Of a DNA stretch of 64,000 nt, positions 12,825 through 25,980 are shown piece by piece. This DNA is from Squalus acanthias (Eukaryota): assembly GCA_030390025.1 (NCBI GenBank), contig CM059432.1:11284001-11348000 (forward strand). The letters are read 5' to 3'. Both the position numbers and the translations under genes were made by a program. The notes below the pieces were generated by a model. The model saw only the letters and a list, made by a program, of their open reading frames with translations. It was not told where the DNA came from and ran no database searches. How positions within the stretch are numbered: the first letter of the stretch is position 1; every line of letters begins with the position of its first letter.

Positions 12825-14769
12825 TTAGAAATCCAGGTGTCTGGTTGTATTTTTGTATCATTTTGTATCCAGACAAAAAAATCAGACTCAGCAGATTAGA
12901 ATGCAAATCTGATGTTTGAATATTAAATGTAGTGCCGCATACTCATATTACAGCAGGAATCGTAGCTAGCATATATATTTGTTTAAATATTAAATTGCGA
13001 ATCTCAGCTAGATCATCAGACTCAGCACCAAGGAGAGATGAGGTGATGGATAACTCATCGGGAAGGAGAAAAATCAGCGAGGGTTATCACCTCAGTATCG
13101 TACTTGAGTATACTCTACTGGCTGTTTACAGCAGTATTAGCAGACATTATGGACAGATCTCTAGTTGCTTGGTTGCTCTCTCTCTTGGAGCTGTTAACTC
13201 AACATTTAAACTTTACTTCTAACTAAATATTAAAACCTTTTAAAAACTGTTTTCTCACTGTTCCAGTAGAAATGTGGAGAAAAATTGCAAATAAAATATG
13301 TTCAGAAAATGCAACCATGTATTTAAACCTAAATGACAATTTCATTTAATTGCATGCAAATGATTTGTGGTGTAATGTCTGTCGTGTAGCTTTAAAAACT
13401 AAAATGCAGATCTCATGGTCAGTCAGATTACACTAAGGAAGGGTGATGGTGTGTTTGGTGTGAAAATGGGGTAAGAGTACAAATCTCCACTGAGAATTTG
13501 GAAAGAACTTCAGAAGAGATTTTTTTTTAGAGGCACTGAAGTATGTGCTTTTGATTGGTTCATGGAAAATAATTGCCCATTGCAGGTAGATGAATACACC
13601 TGTGTTCTTCACATTCCACATACATGAATAAATAAGCCTTTTCATTATAATAGAGGCAAGCAGTTCATTACCTTCATTGTGACCCTCTGTTTAGAATGAG
13701 TTTTTTGTGAAAGCCAAGAAATATTAAACTGATTTGCATCTTTCATCTTCAAATTCTCAGCAACAGAATTTCACATAATAAGTTTTTAATTAAATTCAGA
13801 ACTTTTATTCAGATCCTCACTCCAAACTTAAATAATGTGAATCTTTCTGGAACATCTCCCTGTTATGAGTCATTTTGTTTTCCTGGTTATGTTTAAGTTC
13901 TGAGAGAGACAGAAATACAATTATGTTACCATTTAGATTATATTAGGAAATTTGAAGACTGTTTCAAGTCACTCACGCCTGAATCCTTCCACACTTGCCA
14001 GTTTTGATCTCGGATATATGTGTTTGGCTGTCTTATGCGTACTTTCCCACTGTTGTTGAGAGATCAGATAGCATATAAATTGCATTATTTTTCTTTTAAA
14101 GTTATCTCTGAAAAGATTGAAGAATTTGTGCTTTACCTCATTATTAATGTTTTATACCTGAAAAAAAAAATTCTGATTACTTTTACTGCTCAAGGTGATT
14201 TCCTGGGATGGGGAGGGGAGTGCTTCGCAATAATTCACAGAAGTAGACTGTGTGTGTAGGCAGCAAGATCCGCACGTCCTGTGAATGGCCAATCTTACTA
14301 ATAATTCTGGGAATTATATGCACAGAGACATGCAGGAGCTGCAGCCTACAATTTTGTTGAAACTCCGCTGAGAATGATGGCTGTGGGGACCCCATGAAAT
14401 CAAGATTTGAAATTCAAATAGATACAGGAGTCTAACTGAATATACATTGGAGGCATTTTGAACACAGAGAATGGTCTTTAATAAGCAAATTGTAATTTTT
14501 TTTCTTTATTTTGTTAGAGACCTCATTTCAAGTAGTAAATTCTTAGCTTAGTAAAGAAACCAAGGTGACTGTCAAAAGGATTTTTGAAAAATGTTTTGAG
14601 CAATTTCATTGGTTCACCACCTGTATTGATTATTGTTGTCTGTCCTTGGTAGTAATTCATTTTAAGTTTAGCTGTCCACTTTTCCTGTGTTCACATTGAG
14701 TATTTCTTCAGTTATGATTTGTCACTGTTTTATGAAAATGAAATTTGAGCTAATTTAGTGCATAGACTT

Positions 14770-16400
14770 TGTGAAGGAATAAGCCATATTTCAGAAAAAT
14801 ACACCATCCTATGAACAGAATTCTGATTTAATTAATACATGATAAACTGGGTTTAAAAATCTAAAAGCCTCAACGACACAGGCTGCAAACAGAACACAGG
14901 CTTTTGAGATAAGATCAGTTGATAACACAAAAGTTGTAAACACCACAAGCTTTTGAAATGGGAATTGGTTGTAAATACTGAGACAAAGCCCCTATTGAAG
15001 CAAACCATTGGTGCTTCCAGAATGTCTACAGTTTGGAACCAAAACAATAGCAATGCCCAAGTAAAGTGTTAAAAGCTAACACGTCGAAAAGAAACACAGA
15101 ACATTAAAAAATACAAGTGCCTTTGGGAAAAAATGACATCAAGTAAAAGAAATACCTGCCGTAAAATAGTTTTATGTTAAACTTAGAACAAGGAGACATG
15201 ATTCTTAATACAACCAATTGAAGTAAATAAGAAATGCAAAGAACACCCTAGATGAAGTGTTTTTGATTTACATATTGTAAAAGGTACAAACAGAACACTT
15301 TGAAGATATAATATCAATGGATGCATCAAGCAATCACATTGTGTTTGTATTGAAAATGGAACAGTTGGGAGACGCGAGGTCTGGAATGCAAACAGCTAAA
15401 GTGGTTTAAGAATTCAAAGAGGAACCTCCTAAGAATCGCATCAAATAGATACAACTGTGAAATTGTTTTTTATGATAAGCTATGAACACCTAAAGGTAGA
15501 GACAGAATTCTAAAAGCTAACAGCTGAATTAACAGTAAGAATAGAAAGAAGTCAACAGAGGTATGGCTAGAGATAATTAGCTTACATCAGCAGAAAACTT
15601 CAAAGAATATACCACTAAAAAAAGGTATAAAAATAGAGCTTTTCAGATAGAGAGTCAGAAGTCGCTGGGAAGGGGCAGAGCGATTCTCGCCTTCAGAACC
15701 ACTCTGTAGGCCTACAACTCTGAGTCTCGGGTAATCAAGGTATTTGATTTTGGTGGATATTCTGGATTAAGAAATAAGTAGAAGTGTGGAAATGTAACGA
15801 AGTTAAGATTTGAGAATAAGGATCTCTGATAAGAAATGTAAGCTATTTGTATTTTGAATGGTTAAAGTTGCGATTGTCATACCAGCTGTTAACTAAATGT
15901 CAGTTCTTTAATAAATTTATATATTTTTTAAATTGTCTCAGAGTAATTTCTGTATCAATCTCGCGAACTCAATTTCTGTACACTCTTCTGAGAGGAGTTG
16001 CAGAATTCTGGGGGGTTTTCCGGACCCTCAAAATATCCGGAAGGTGACATTCTAGTTAAACTTGTTAAAAGTGCTATCCGGAGGACGGTAACATCTTCAG
16101 GCCGTTCCTTTCCTTTAGGGAGAGATAGTCTGAACCTTTAGACCCAATTAAGCGTCTTGTAGGATTCGGCTATCTCTAACTTTAGTTGAAGGGGAACGTC
16201 TGGGAAATACGCCTGATCTGGGGTAGCCCGAAAAGGGCTAGGACTTGTAATTATCCCTTCAACTTTGCATATAGACAAATATGATGGGGAAATGTGTGCT
16301 ACAGAGTGAAGATCTAGAATTTAGAAATTGAGCTATCAAGATACCAAAATGATACATAATAGCAAAAGGAGGCACTGAGCACAATTCTAAGCAGAATAAT
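14770..16400 (+). mobile_element. Probable endogenous retrovirus remnant: 5' LTR (to 16002), PBS-like sequence and leader
   Basis: TATAAAA 15626-15632, AATAAA 15910-15915, LTR-like end TTGCA at 16002. TGGGGGGTTTTCCGGA at 16009-16024 matches the tRNA-Pro PBS at 12/16. Structured leader follows. The left boundary is uncertain (14770 or 15276). Confidence 0.55.
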
Positions 16401-16422
16401 GTTACTGCTGAAGATCGTTGGT

Positions 16423-17355
16423 TCATAGGATCATAGAATGGTTACAGCACAGAAGGAGGCCATTCGGCTCGTCGAGCCCGTGCCGGCTCTCTGCAAGAGC
16501 ACTTCAGCTAGTCCCGCTCCCCTGCCCTTTCCCTGCAAATTTTTTTCTTTCAGGTACTTATCCAATTCCCTTTTGAAAGCCACGATTGAATCTGCCTCCA
16601 CCACCCTTTCAGGCAGTGCATTCCAGATCATAACCACTCGCTGCGTAAAAACGTTTTTCCTCATGTCGCCTTTGGTTCTTCTGCCAATCACCTTAAATCT
16701 GTGTCCTCTGGTTCTCGACCCTTCCGCCAATGGGAACAGTTTCTCTCTATCTACTCTGTCTAGACCCCTCATGATTCTGAACACCTCTATCAAATCTTCT
16801 CTCAATCTTCTCTGCTCTGAGGAGAACAACCCCAGTTTCTCTAGTCTATCCATGTAACTGAAGTCCCTCATCCCTGGAACCATTCTTGTAAATCTTTTCT
16901 GCACCCTCTCTAAGGCCTTCACATCCTTACTAAAGTGCGGTGCCCAGAATTGGACACAATACTCCAGTTGAGGCCAAACCAGTGTTTTATAAAGCCCAGG
17001 ATCCCGTATGCTTTTTTAACTGCTTTCTAAACCTGCCCTGCCACCTTCAACAATTTGTGCACATATACCTCCAGATCTCTCTGTTCCTGCACCCCCTTTA
17101 AAATTATATCCTTTAGTTTATATTGCCTCTCCTCGTTTTTCCTACCAAAATGTATCACGTCGCACTTTCCTGCGTCAAATTTCATCTGCCACGTGTCCAT
17201 CCATTTCACCAGCCTGTCTGTGTCTTGAAGTCTATCACTATCCTCCTCACTGTTCACTATACTTCCAAGTTTTGTGTCATCTGCAAATTTTGAAATTGTG
17301 CCCTGTACACTCAAGTCCAAGTCATTAATATATATCAAGAAAAGCAGTGGTCCGA
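16423..17355 (-). mobile_element. CR1 LINE, 5'-truncated with an internal deletion
   Basis: ORFs 17027-17377 (IYINDL, FADDTK) and 16431-16922. Confidence 0.93.
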
Positions 17356-17529
17356 GTATTTCTTTTAACCTTGTCATCTAATTAAAAGCTATTTCATATA
17401 GTAACAATGTAAATCAATATTGAATGGAGGTATCCCAATAATTTTGTCTTTAAAGAATTGGTTACAAATTTGCTTAATATTTTTGTGGTAAAGAGAATAT
17501 CCTGAAGCCATCTTAAAACTTAATTAGAC

Positions 17530-17715
17530 TGTGACCATGATTGTGACCCACCACTGGGGTTTTTCACTGGGTCTGTTGTAGACTAATTGATGGAGATTGA
17601 TTACTATGATTAGTCAGCAATCCCATTATCATTGTATCTTGAGACTAGCAGGATGGCAGAAGGCGAACTAGATGGACCGTGATCTTTTTCCGCCTAGCAA
17701 CACCTATGTTCCTAA
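17530..17715 (+). mobile_element. Old CR1-type 3' UTR remnant
   Basis: gaactagatggaccg...cctatgttccta tail pattern. Confidence 0.5.
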
Positions 17716-18305
17716 TTGTTTTTAACAGTGAACCTGATTTGGAATAACCCCACACATCATCTTTTCTCGGCACCAGTATCTCTGGATGAAATGTAATTGG
17801 CTAAATGAACTGTGATTTACCACCATGCAATTTTTTTCCCCCCAAGAGGTGACCAGTGTTACTTGAAAATATTATCCTGCAGAATTTGATTAATGTACAT
17901 TTAAGATTCATGATCTTTAGGTTAAATCAGTAAAACTGATGTGAAAAAGTCACCTTTTATTCATTAATACCAAAAAAACTAAAATGCTGCGTGTTTTACT
18001 TAACAAATTTCTAAATCTGGTATTAAGAACTGGCCCAATAAAAGCCATTTCAGTAGCATAAAAGTTACTCCACTCAAACAGAATTTAAACTCCCATCCTT
18101 GACTTTTTCTGCTGCACAGCTCTCCTTATGTTATTGGTTGCTTCCCCATTATGATATGAGGCTGATGTGTTTCTGGCTTCCACACGATTTAATTTCATTA
18201 ATAAAATTTTTTTAACATGCATGTATGAAAGCAGTGATAATGTACTGAATTTGGTTCAAATAAAAAATTGCTTAAAGATACTGAAACTCGACAGGAAAAC
18301 TGGGA

Positions 18306-18343
18306 AGTTCTGATGAAAGGTCATCGACCTGAAACGTTAACTC
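18306..18343 (+). ncRNA. Minimal type I hammerhead ribozyme motif
   Basis: AGUU-CUGAUGA-A-AGGUC-auc-GACCU-GAAA-CGUU-AACU: intact core, palindromic ACGU stem III, AGUU/AACU stem I. Confidence 0.85.
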
Positions 18344-18407
18344 TCTTTCTCTCTCCACGGATGCTGCCTGGCCTGCTGAGTTTTTCCAGCGTTTTCTGTT
18401 GTTATTT
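18307..18407 (+). mobile_element. 101-bp Penelope-derived insertion with an intact hammerhead motif
   Basis: Perfect 14-bp TSD aggaaaactgggaa (18293-18306, 18408-18421). Confidence 0.9.
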
Positions 18408-19127
18408 AGGAAAACTGGGAACCCTGGCTATATCAAAAGGATAGAGATCGTCATGAATCTAAAATTTTGATCATAAAAGGTGCCACATAGTTTTAACAAT
18501 TCTTAACAGAACATTTGTGTGTCTTTTTTTGTAGTAATTTATTGAAAGTACTGCTGAAAGCACAATTGTTTAAAATTACATTGCAAATTATGGTGCAATG
18601 CCTATCCTCAAAGCTTTCATCCATTATATATTTACCATGGCTGACAATTTTTATTTAATTCATTTTCACTTTATTTAATTCTCTTGCTGGTACTTGTGGT
18701 AACATTTGGAACTCTGTTGTGGGCCTTGGATCACTGCTTTGACAACCAGGAGTTAGGCGTCTTTTACACGTTCTACTCTCACCGGTTAAACCAGAGTTCA
18801 TTCTTGGAAATGGACAGACTGAGTGTTCCCATTCATGCTCATGACTTTTACTTTTACAAACTTTTGGGTCATTGACTTGTTTGGAAAGAATTCAAAGGAA
18901 GATGAATATGAACTCTGTTGGTACTAAACATGGATCCAAATGACTCGACAAGCTGAGTGAGTTCAATAACCTTTTCGTGTTACTACCCTACGTACTTCTG
19001 TTTTTTTGAAATTGAGATAAAATTTGTATTAGGTTTTTATATATTGTAATGGTTTAGTAATGAAGGAGACGTGAGTTAAATATATGAAATTGTGTAGTAA
19101 AATGTTACTATGTAATGTGTGATTGGT

Positions 19128-19282
19128 CTATATATAATCTATATAGACAGAGCAATATCTCTCTATAGATAATCTCTATCTCTGTCTCTATACATATCTC
19201 TCTGTCTCGACAGATATCTCTATAGATATCTCTCTATCTCTCTATCTCTAGATATATATCTATCTATAGATATCTATATATT
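19128..19282. repeat. Low-complexity TA/TC/GA simple repeat
   Basis: Mixed tatc/tctc/taga units. Confidence 0.9.
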
Positions 19283-20417
19283 TTAAAATTTATTGATAGT
19301 TTTTTTTCCTGTTGGGAGTGCGGTCAGGTTGGGGAGTTTTTAAAATTACTTTTCTATTGTATCCACAGGCAAGGCATGAGCAGAAAGACTTGTAAAACAA
19401 GAATGTGAAAATTGGTTGCTCTAATCTCTCCTGTGCTAATTTCTAGCATTGTAAAGTTGTGTGTCCAGTGCAGATTTGGAGCCTTCGGGGTGACCAAACA
19501 GCGCCACATAGTGGCTGAGGATGTCCAATAACATCATGACCAACAGTGCCAACATTGCGTTTTTCCATTATGAAATGTTGATACAGTCCCCACCAATTAC
19601 ACCGTCTCTGCTTATCCCGGATGGCTGCCTATATCGGGCAAATGGTGCTAACCATTTGCCATGACCACAGGCGTCACTTCCAAAGCGGCGCTTAAACCAT
19701 ATTAAGCGGGCCAGCTGTTTCGGGCAGTTCCGAACTGCTGTTGCGCCTCATGATTACCTGTCACTAAGTCCTAACCGCCCCTTGGCCTCAAACACCTGCC
19801 ACTGCTGAGAGCCCTTCTTGCCAGCTTGAACATAGGAATTTATAATGGAAAAAGTTGACGGGTAGTGGGCACAGTCAGTATATTTTAATAAATTATAGGT
19901 TTATCGGTATAGCATAATGTAAAAACTTTATGCGGTTTGTCAGGTCAGTGCTGGAAAAAGATGGTGTATTAATCTGGGAGTCCAATGGCTGGGGAGAGTC
20001 AGAGGTGAGGGGGTTGTGAGGTCAAAGGTAGGGGGTCAAGATGTTATGAAGTCAGAGGTCATATCCCATGACTCTGCACACTGAGTCGAGTTTAAGTAGC
20101 ATGTTTGGGTCAAGTAGCTTAGAGGACGGGGGCTAATTGGACCAGGGCAGAGGGAGGACTGTTACGATGGAGGTCAGAGGCAGAAGATACAGTGGGATAG
20201 GGTAGGGTAAAGTAGAGCCACCTTTAAGGCTGGGGGGAATAGAGAAGGGTTAGAGTGTTAGGTTGGCGAGTGAAAAGATAGAGTTACAGTTGGTGGGGGG
20301 GTGGGTGGCAAAGCAGGATTATAGGCCAGAGAGATACTAAAGGTAGAGCAGGATTGAAAGCTAGGGTGAAGATGGTAGGTACAGGAGGGAAGAGGAAGAA
20401 TAGCACAGGGTTAGCGA

Positions 20418-20988
20418 ATCATAGAAATGTACGGTACAGAAGGAGGTCATTCGGCCCATTGTATGATGGCCGAAAAAGAAGTATTCAGCCTAATCCCACT
20501 TTCCAGCTCTTGGTCTGTAGCCCTGTAGGTTAAGGCACTTCAAGTGTATATCCAAGTACTTTTTAAATGCGATGAGAGTTTCTGCCTCTATTGCCCTTTC
20601 AGGCAGTGAGTTCCAGACCCCCACCACCCTCTGGGTGAAAAAAGTTCTCCTCAACTTCCCTCTAATCCTTCTTCCAATTACTTTAAATCTATGCCGCCTA
20701 GTTATTGACCTCTCTGCTAAGGGAAATAGGTCCATATCCACTCTATCTAGGCCCCTCATTATTTTATACACCTCAATTAGGTCTCCTCTCCGCCTCCTCT
20801 GTTCCAAAGAAAACAACCCCAGCCTATCCAGTCTTTCCTCATAGTTAAAATTCTCCAGTCCTGGCAACATCCTTGTAAATCTCCTCTGTACCCTCTCTGG
20901 TGTACTTGCATCTTTCCTGTAATGTGGTGACCAGAACTGTACACATTACTCTAGCTGTGGTCTAACTAGTGTTTTGTACAATTCAAGC
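20418..20988 (-). mobile_element. CR1 3' fragment
   Basis: ORF 20490-20870 is a CR1 ORF2 C-terminus. Confidence 0.9.
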
Positions 20989-21049
20989 AGGGTTGGTGGC
21001 TGAGGGATGGGGAAGCTGGAGTCACATTAGAGGCTGGGGAGGGGCTGGT

Positions 21050-24000
21050 AGAACATAACATAACAATATAAGAAATCGGAGCAGTAGGTCATTTGGCCCT
21101 TCGAGCCAGCTCCGCCATTCAATAAGTTCATGGCTGAACTTCTACATCAATTCCACTTACCCGCCCTATCCCCATATCCCTTGATTCACTTAGCGCCCAA
21201 AACACTCTCGATCTCAGTCTTGAATATACTCAATGACTGAGCATCCACAGCTCTCTGGGGTAGAGAATTCCAAAGATTCACAACCCTCTGAGTGAAGAAA
21301 TTTCTCCATCTCAGTCCTAAATGGCTGATTCCCTTATCCTGAGACTATGATCCCTAGTTATAGTCTCTTCAGCCAGGGGAAACAGCCTCTCGGCATCTAC
21401 CCTGTCAAGCCCTCTAGGAGCTTTATATGTTTCAATGAGATCACCTCTCATTCTTCTAATTGCCAGAGAATATAGGCCCATTCTACTCAATCTCTTCTCA
21501 TAGGACAGCCCTCTCATCCCAGGAATCAATCTAGTTAACCTTCGTTGCACCCTCTCCAAGGCAAGTATATCCTTCCTTTGGTAAGGAGACCAAAACTGTG
21601 CACAGTGCTCCAGGTGTGGTCTCACTAAAGCCCTATATAATTACAGCAAGACTTCCTTACTCTTATACTCCAATCTCCTTGCAACAAAGGCTAACATACC
21701 ATTTGCCTTCCTAATTGCTTGCTGTACCTGCATGTTAATTTTGTGATTTGTGTACAAGGACCCCCAAATTCCTCTGTATACCAACATTTACTAGTCTCTC
21801 ATCTTTTAAAAAAAATATTCTGCTTTTGCATTCTTTCTATAGATATGTGAAGAGAAAAAGATTAGTGAAATCAAGCATAGGTCCCTTGCAGTCAGAATCA
21901 GGGGAACTTATAATGGGGAACAAAGAAATGTCAGACCAATTAAATATATATTTTGGTTCTGTCTTCACAAAGGAGGACACAAATAACCTCCCAGAGATGT
22001 TGGGGAACATAGGGTCTGATGAAAGGGAGGAACTGAAAGAAATCAGTATTTGCAGGGAAATGGTATTAGGGAAATTGAAGGCCGATAAATCCCCAGGGCC
22101 TGATAATCTACATCCTAGGGTACTTAAGGAAGTGGCCCTAGAAATAGTAGATGCATTGCTGATCATCATCCAACATTCGATGGAATCTGGAACAGTACCC
22201 ATGGATTGGAGGGTAGCTAATATTACCCCACTATTCAAAAAGGGTGGTAGAGAGAAAACGGGGAATTACAGACCGGTAAGCCTGACATCGGTAGTGGGGA
22301 AAATGCTAGGGTCCATTATAAAAGATGTAATAGCTGAGCACATGGAAAACAGTGACAGGATTGGACAAAGTCAACATGGATTTACAAAAGGTAAATCATG
22401 CTTGACTAATCTACTGGAATTTTTTGAGGATGCAACTAGTAAAATAGATACGGGAGAACCAGTGGATGTGGTGTATTTGGACTTCCAAAAGGCTTTTAAT
22501 AAGGTCCCGCATAAGAGATTAGCGTGTAAAGTTAAGACACATGGGATTGGGGGCAAGGTATTGACTTGGATAGAGAACTGGTTGGCAGACAGAAAGCAAA
22601 GAGTTGGAATAAACGGGTCTTTTTCCGAGTGGCAAGCAGTGACTAGTGGGGTACCGCAGGGATCGGTCCTTGGACCCCAGCTATTCACAATATATATTAA
22701 TGATCTAGACAAGGGAACTAGATGTAATATCTCCAAGTTTGCAGATGAGACAAAACTGGGTGGGCGTGTGTGCTGCGAGGAGGATGCCGAGAAACTCCAG
22801 GATGATTTGGACAGGTTGGGTGATTGGGCAGAAGCGTGGCAGATGCAATATAACGTGGATAAATGCGAGGTTATCCACTTTGGTGTCAAAAACAGAAAGG
22901 CAGATTATTATCTGAATGGCAATAGATTGGGAGAAGGGGAAGTGCAACGAGACCTGGGTGTCCTTGTGCACCAGTCGCTGAAGGTAAGCATGCAGGTGCA
23001 GCAGGCGGTTAAGAAGGCAAATGGTATGTTGGCCTTCAAAGCGAGAGGATTTGAGTACAGGAACAAGGATGTCTTGCTGCAGTTGTACAGGGCCTTGGTG
23101 AGACCACACCTTGAGTACTGTGTGCAGTTTTGGTCGCCTTATCTGAGGAAGGATGTTCTTGCCATGGAAGGAGTTCAGCGAAGATTCACAAGGCTGATAC
23201 CTGGGATGGCAGGAATGACGTATGAGGAGAGATTGGGTCGATTGGGCTTATACTCGCTGGAGTTTGGAAGAATGAGAGGGGATCTCATTGAAACTTATAA
23301 AATTCTGACAGGACAGGACAAACTAGATGCAGGAAGGATGTTCCCGATGGTCGGGGAGTCCAGAACCAGGGGTCACAGTCTAAGGATAAGGGGTAAGCCA
23401 ATTAGGACTGAGATGAGGAGGAATTTCTTCACCCAGAGAGTGGTGAACCTGTGGAATTCTCTGCCACAGAAAGCAGCAGAGGCCAATTCATTAAATAGAT
23501 TCAAGAAGGAGTTGGATATATTTCTTAAGGCTAAAGGGATCAAGGGATATGGGGAAAAAGCAGGGACAGGGTACTGAATTTGGATGATCAGCCATGATCG
23601 CATTGAATGGTGGAGCAGGCTAGAGGGGCCGAATGGCCGACTCCTGCTCCTATCTTCTATGATTCTACCAAAGTGGATAATTTCTCACTTACCCACATAT
23701 GCTCCGTTTGCCACCACCTTGTCCAATCACTTAATCAGTCTATATTCCTTTTGCAGCCTCTTTGCGTTCTCCTCACACTTACTTTCCCACCTAGCTTTGT
23801 ATTGTCAGCAAACTTGGATATATTACACTTGGTCCCCTCATCTAAGTCATTGATATAGATTGTAAATAGCTGAAGCCCAAGCACTGATCCTTATGGCACT
23901 CCACGAGTTGCAGCCTGCCATCCTGAAAATGACCCATTTATTTCTGCTTTCTGTCTGTTAACCAATCTTCAATCCATGCTAATATATTACCCCCAATCCC

Positions 24001-24255
24001 ATGAGCCCTAATCTTGTGTAACAATCTCTTGTGTGGTATCTTATCGAATGTCTTCTAAAAATTCTAATATACTACATCCACTGGTTCTCCCTTATCTTCC
24101 CTCAAAAAGCTCTAATAGATTTGTCAAACATGATTTTCCTTTCATAAAACTGTGTTGACTCTGCCTAATCATGTTGTGATTTTCCAAGTGCCCTGTTACC
24201 ACATAATAGATTACAGCATTTTCCCTACTCCTGATGTCAGGCTAACTCGCCTACA
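21050..24255 (-). mobile_element. Older CR1 interrupted by an opposite-strand CR1
   Basis: ORF 21317-21625. The host reads continuously as ...gcattctttcta|ccaaagtggata when 21840-23667 is removed. Confidence 0.9.
21840..23662 (+). mobile_element. Young-subfamily CR1, 5'-truncated, open RT frame but catalytic FADD changed to FADE
   Basis: ORF open to 23577. ttcta is duplicated at 21835-21839 and 23663-23667. It has a 9-nt in-frame deletion relative to the 41707 copy. Confidence 0.96.
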
Positions 24256-25700
24256 GAAGGGTTCATACCGTTATTGGCGCATGGGAGGATAGAGTGGGAA
24301 GGTAGAGTATAGTAAAAGGGCACACGAGAGTTCGAGGCCGTGGAGCAGTTGGTGGGAGAATCAAAGGCCACCAGAGAATGTTATAGCAATGTTGGAGCCC
24401 AGAGGAAGCAGCTTCACTGGTTCCAATGATGCCACTATGGTAACCTCAGTCAGAGTAGGGGGAGGGGGGTTAACGGGAAGGGAAGGATTAGAACAGACGC
24501 GGTAGAGGGCGAAGATGCAAAAGGGAGGGGGGATAAAGAGGAGCGATTGGAGTGTACAGGCAGAGCAGTGTGGAACAGGGATTTGGGTGTTCAGGTGAGA
24601 AGGCGGGTTGGTGAATAGGAAATTAAGGTAGGAGGAGTGAAGGTGGGAGAGGGGGAAATAGGAGAAGACTGAGTCCAGCAGGTGAATTCTACTATATTTA
24701 TTCAGTGAGTTTAATGAATTGTTAAGAAGACCCTACTGCATGTGTTATGGGGTGTGACAGGCAGGGTGTGACACCCTTAACATTGAAAATTCATAATCAC
24801 ATCAACCAAAGGGTTAACAGGCACTATAATAGATTTACCCATAAAAGCAAGCTTTGCATGAAAGTTATTGTTGAAGCATGTATCCCATTAAACAAATTTA
24901 ATGTGTAATAGATACATACCTGTATTTCACTTTCTGGTTAGGATAAATAGCTTTATATAAATTAAACAATAACTTATGCACAACTTTGCTCAACTAGTCT
25001 GCATTTCTGAATCACTTCCTTTTGAGTGTTCAACTTGATTGTAATGTTGAATCAACAGATTCAGAACAAAGTAAAATTACCATTTCAAGCAGACAGTTTA
25101 GGTTCAGTTGAAATGCATGTCTGGAAATTTCTGCTCTGTTTAGTCTGTGCAGCTGTGCTAGCTCAGTTAAGTGTGTTCCTGGGCATAGGGAATGTCAGTG
25201 TTGTCTCAAGTGCTGTAATGGCAAGGGGGAACCATTTGGCTTGTTGCCTGCAGTGTAAGCAATGTGACCTTTCAGTAATAGGATGTTTTTATTTTTACTT
25301 TGTAGCTTGCAACTTTGTACAATTATGCTTGAAGAAAATGGAGTAAGACTCATTGTCCGCACAGTATTTGAATGTACGATTGAACTATAATGATAGCTAC
25401 CTCCCGAACTATTTGTTTTCCTCTCATCAAATGATGAAGCACAAGTAACTAATGCTGAGAATTTATGATAGCTTGAACTGTTGCCATTGTTCTGCTGGTT
25501 GAGAGCTATTCTAGACATCATGACTGCTGCTAGCCTTGGATGGCCTGTCTGAAAATAATCTAGCTTTCTGTGAAGCTTTCACACACTTGGTAAAAGAATG
25601 AATTGATTGGTTCCTTGAATTTTACAATAGCAAGCAAAAAAATGTTTAGTATATTATGGAAAACTGATGCTGAATGTTCCCATTAGAGTCTGTTACTATA

Positions 25701-25980
25701 ATCATAGAAAAGTACAGCACAGAAGGATGCCATTTGGCCCATCGAGTCTGCGCCACTTTTTCGAAGAGCAATCCAGTTAGTCACACTCCCCGGCTCTTTC
25801 CCCATATCCCTGCAATTTTTTCACCTTCAAGTATTTATTCCATTCCCTTTTGAAGGCTACTATTGAATCTGTATCCACCACCCTATCAGGCAGCGCATTC
25901 AAAATCCTAACCACTCGTTGCGTAAAAAAGATTTTCCTCATGTCGGATCTGGTTCTTTTGCCAGTCGCCTTAAATTTATG
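25701..25980 (-). mobile_element. CR1 3' fragment
   Basis: ORF 25777-26007 (FFTQRVV...). Same type as the 16423 copy. Confidence 0.9.

Noticed and set aside
21748..23577. 609-aa ORF as an intact or domesticated RT gene
   Set aside because: The first ~30 codons are antisense sequence of the host CR1, the start is non-ATG, APE is missing and the catalytic motif is FADE.
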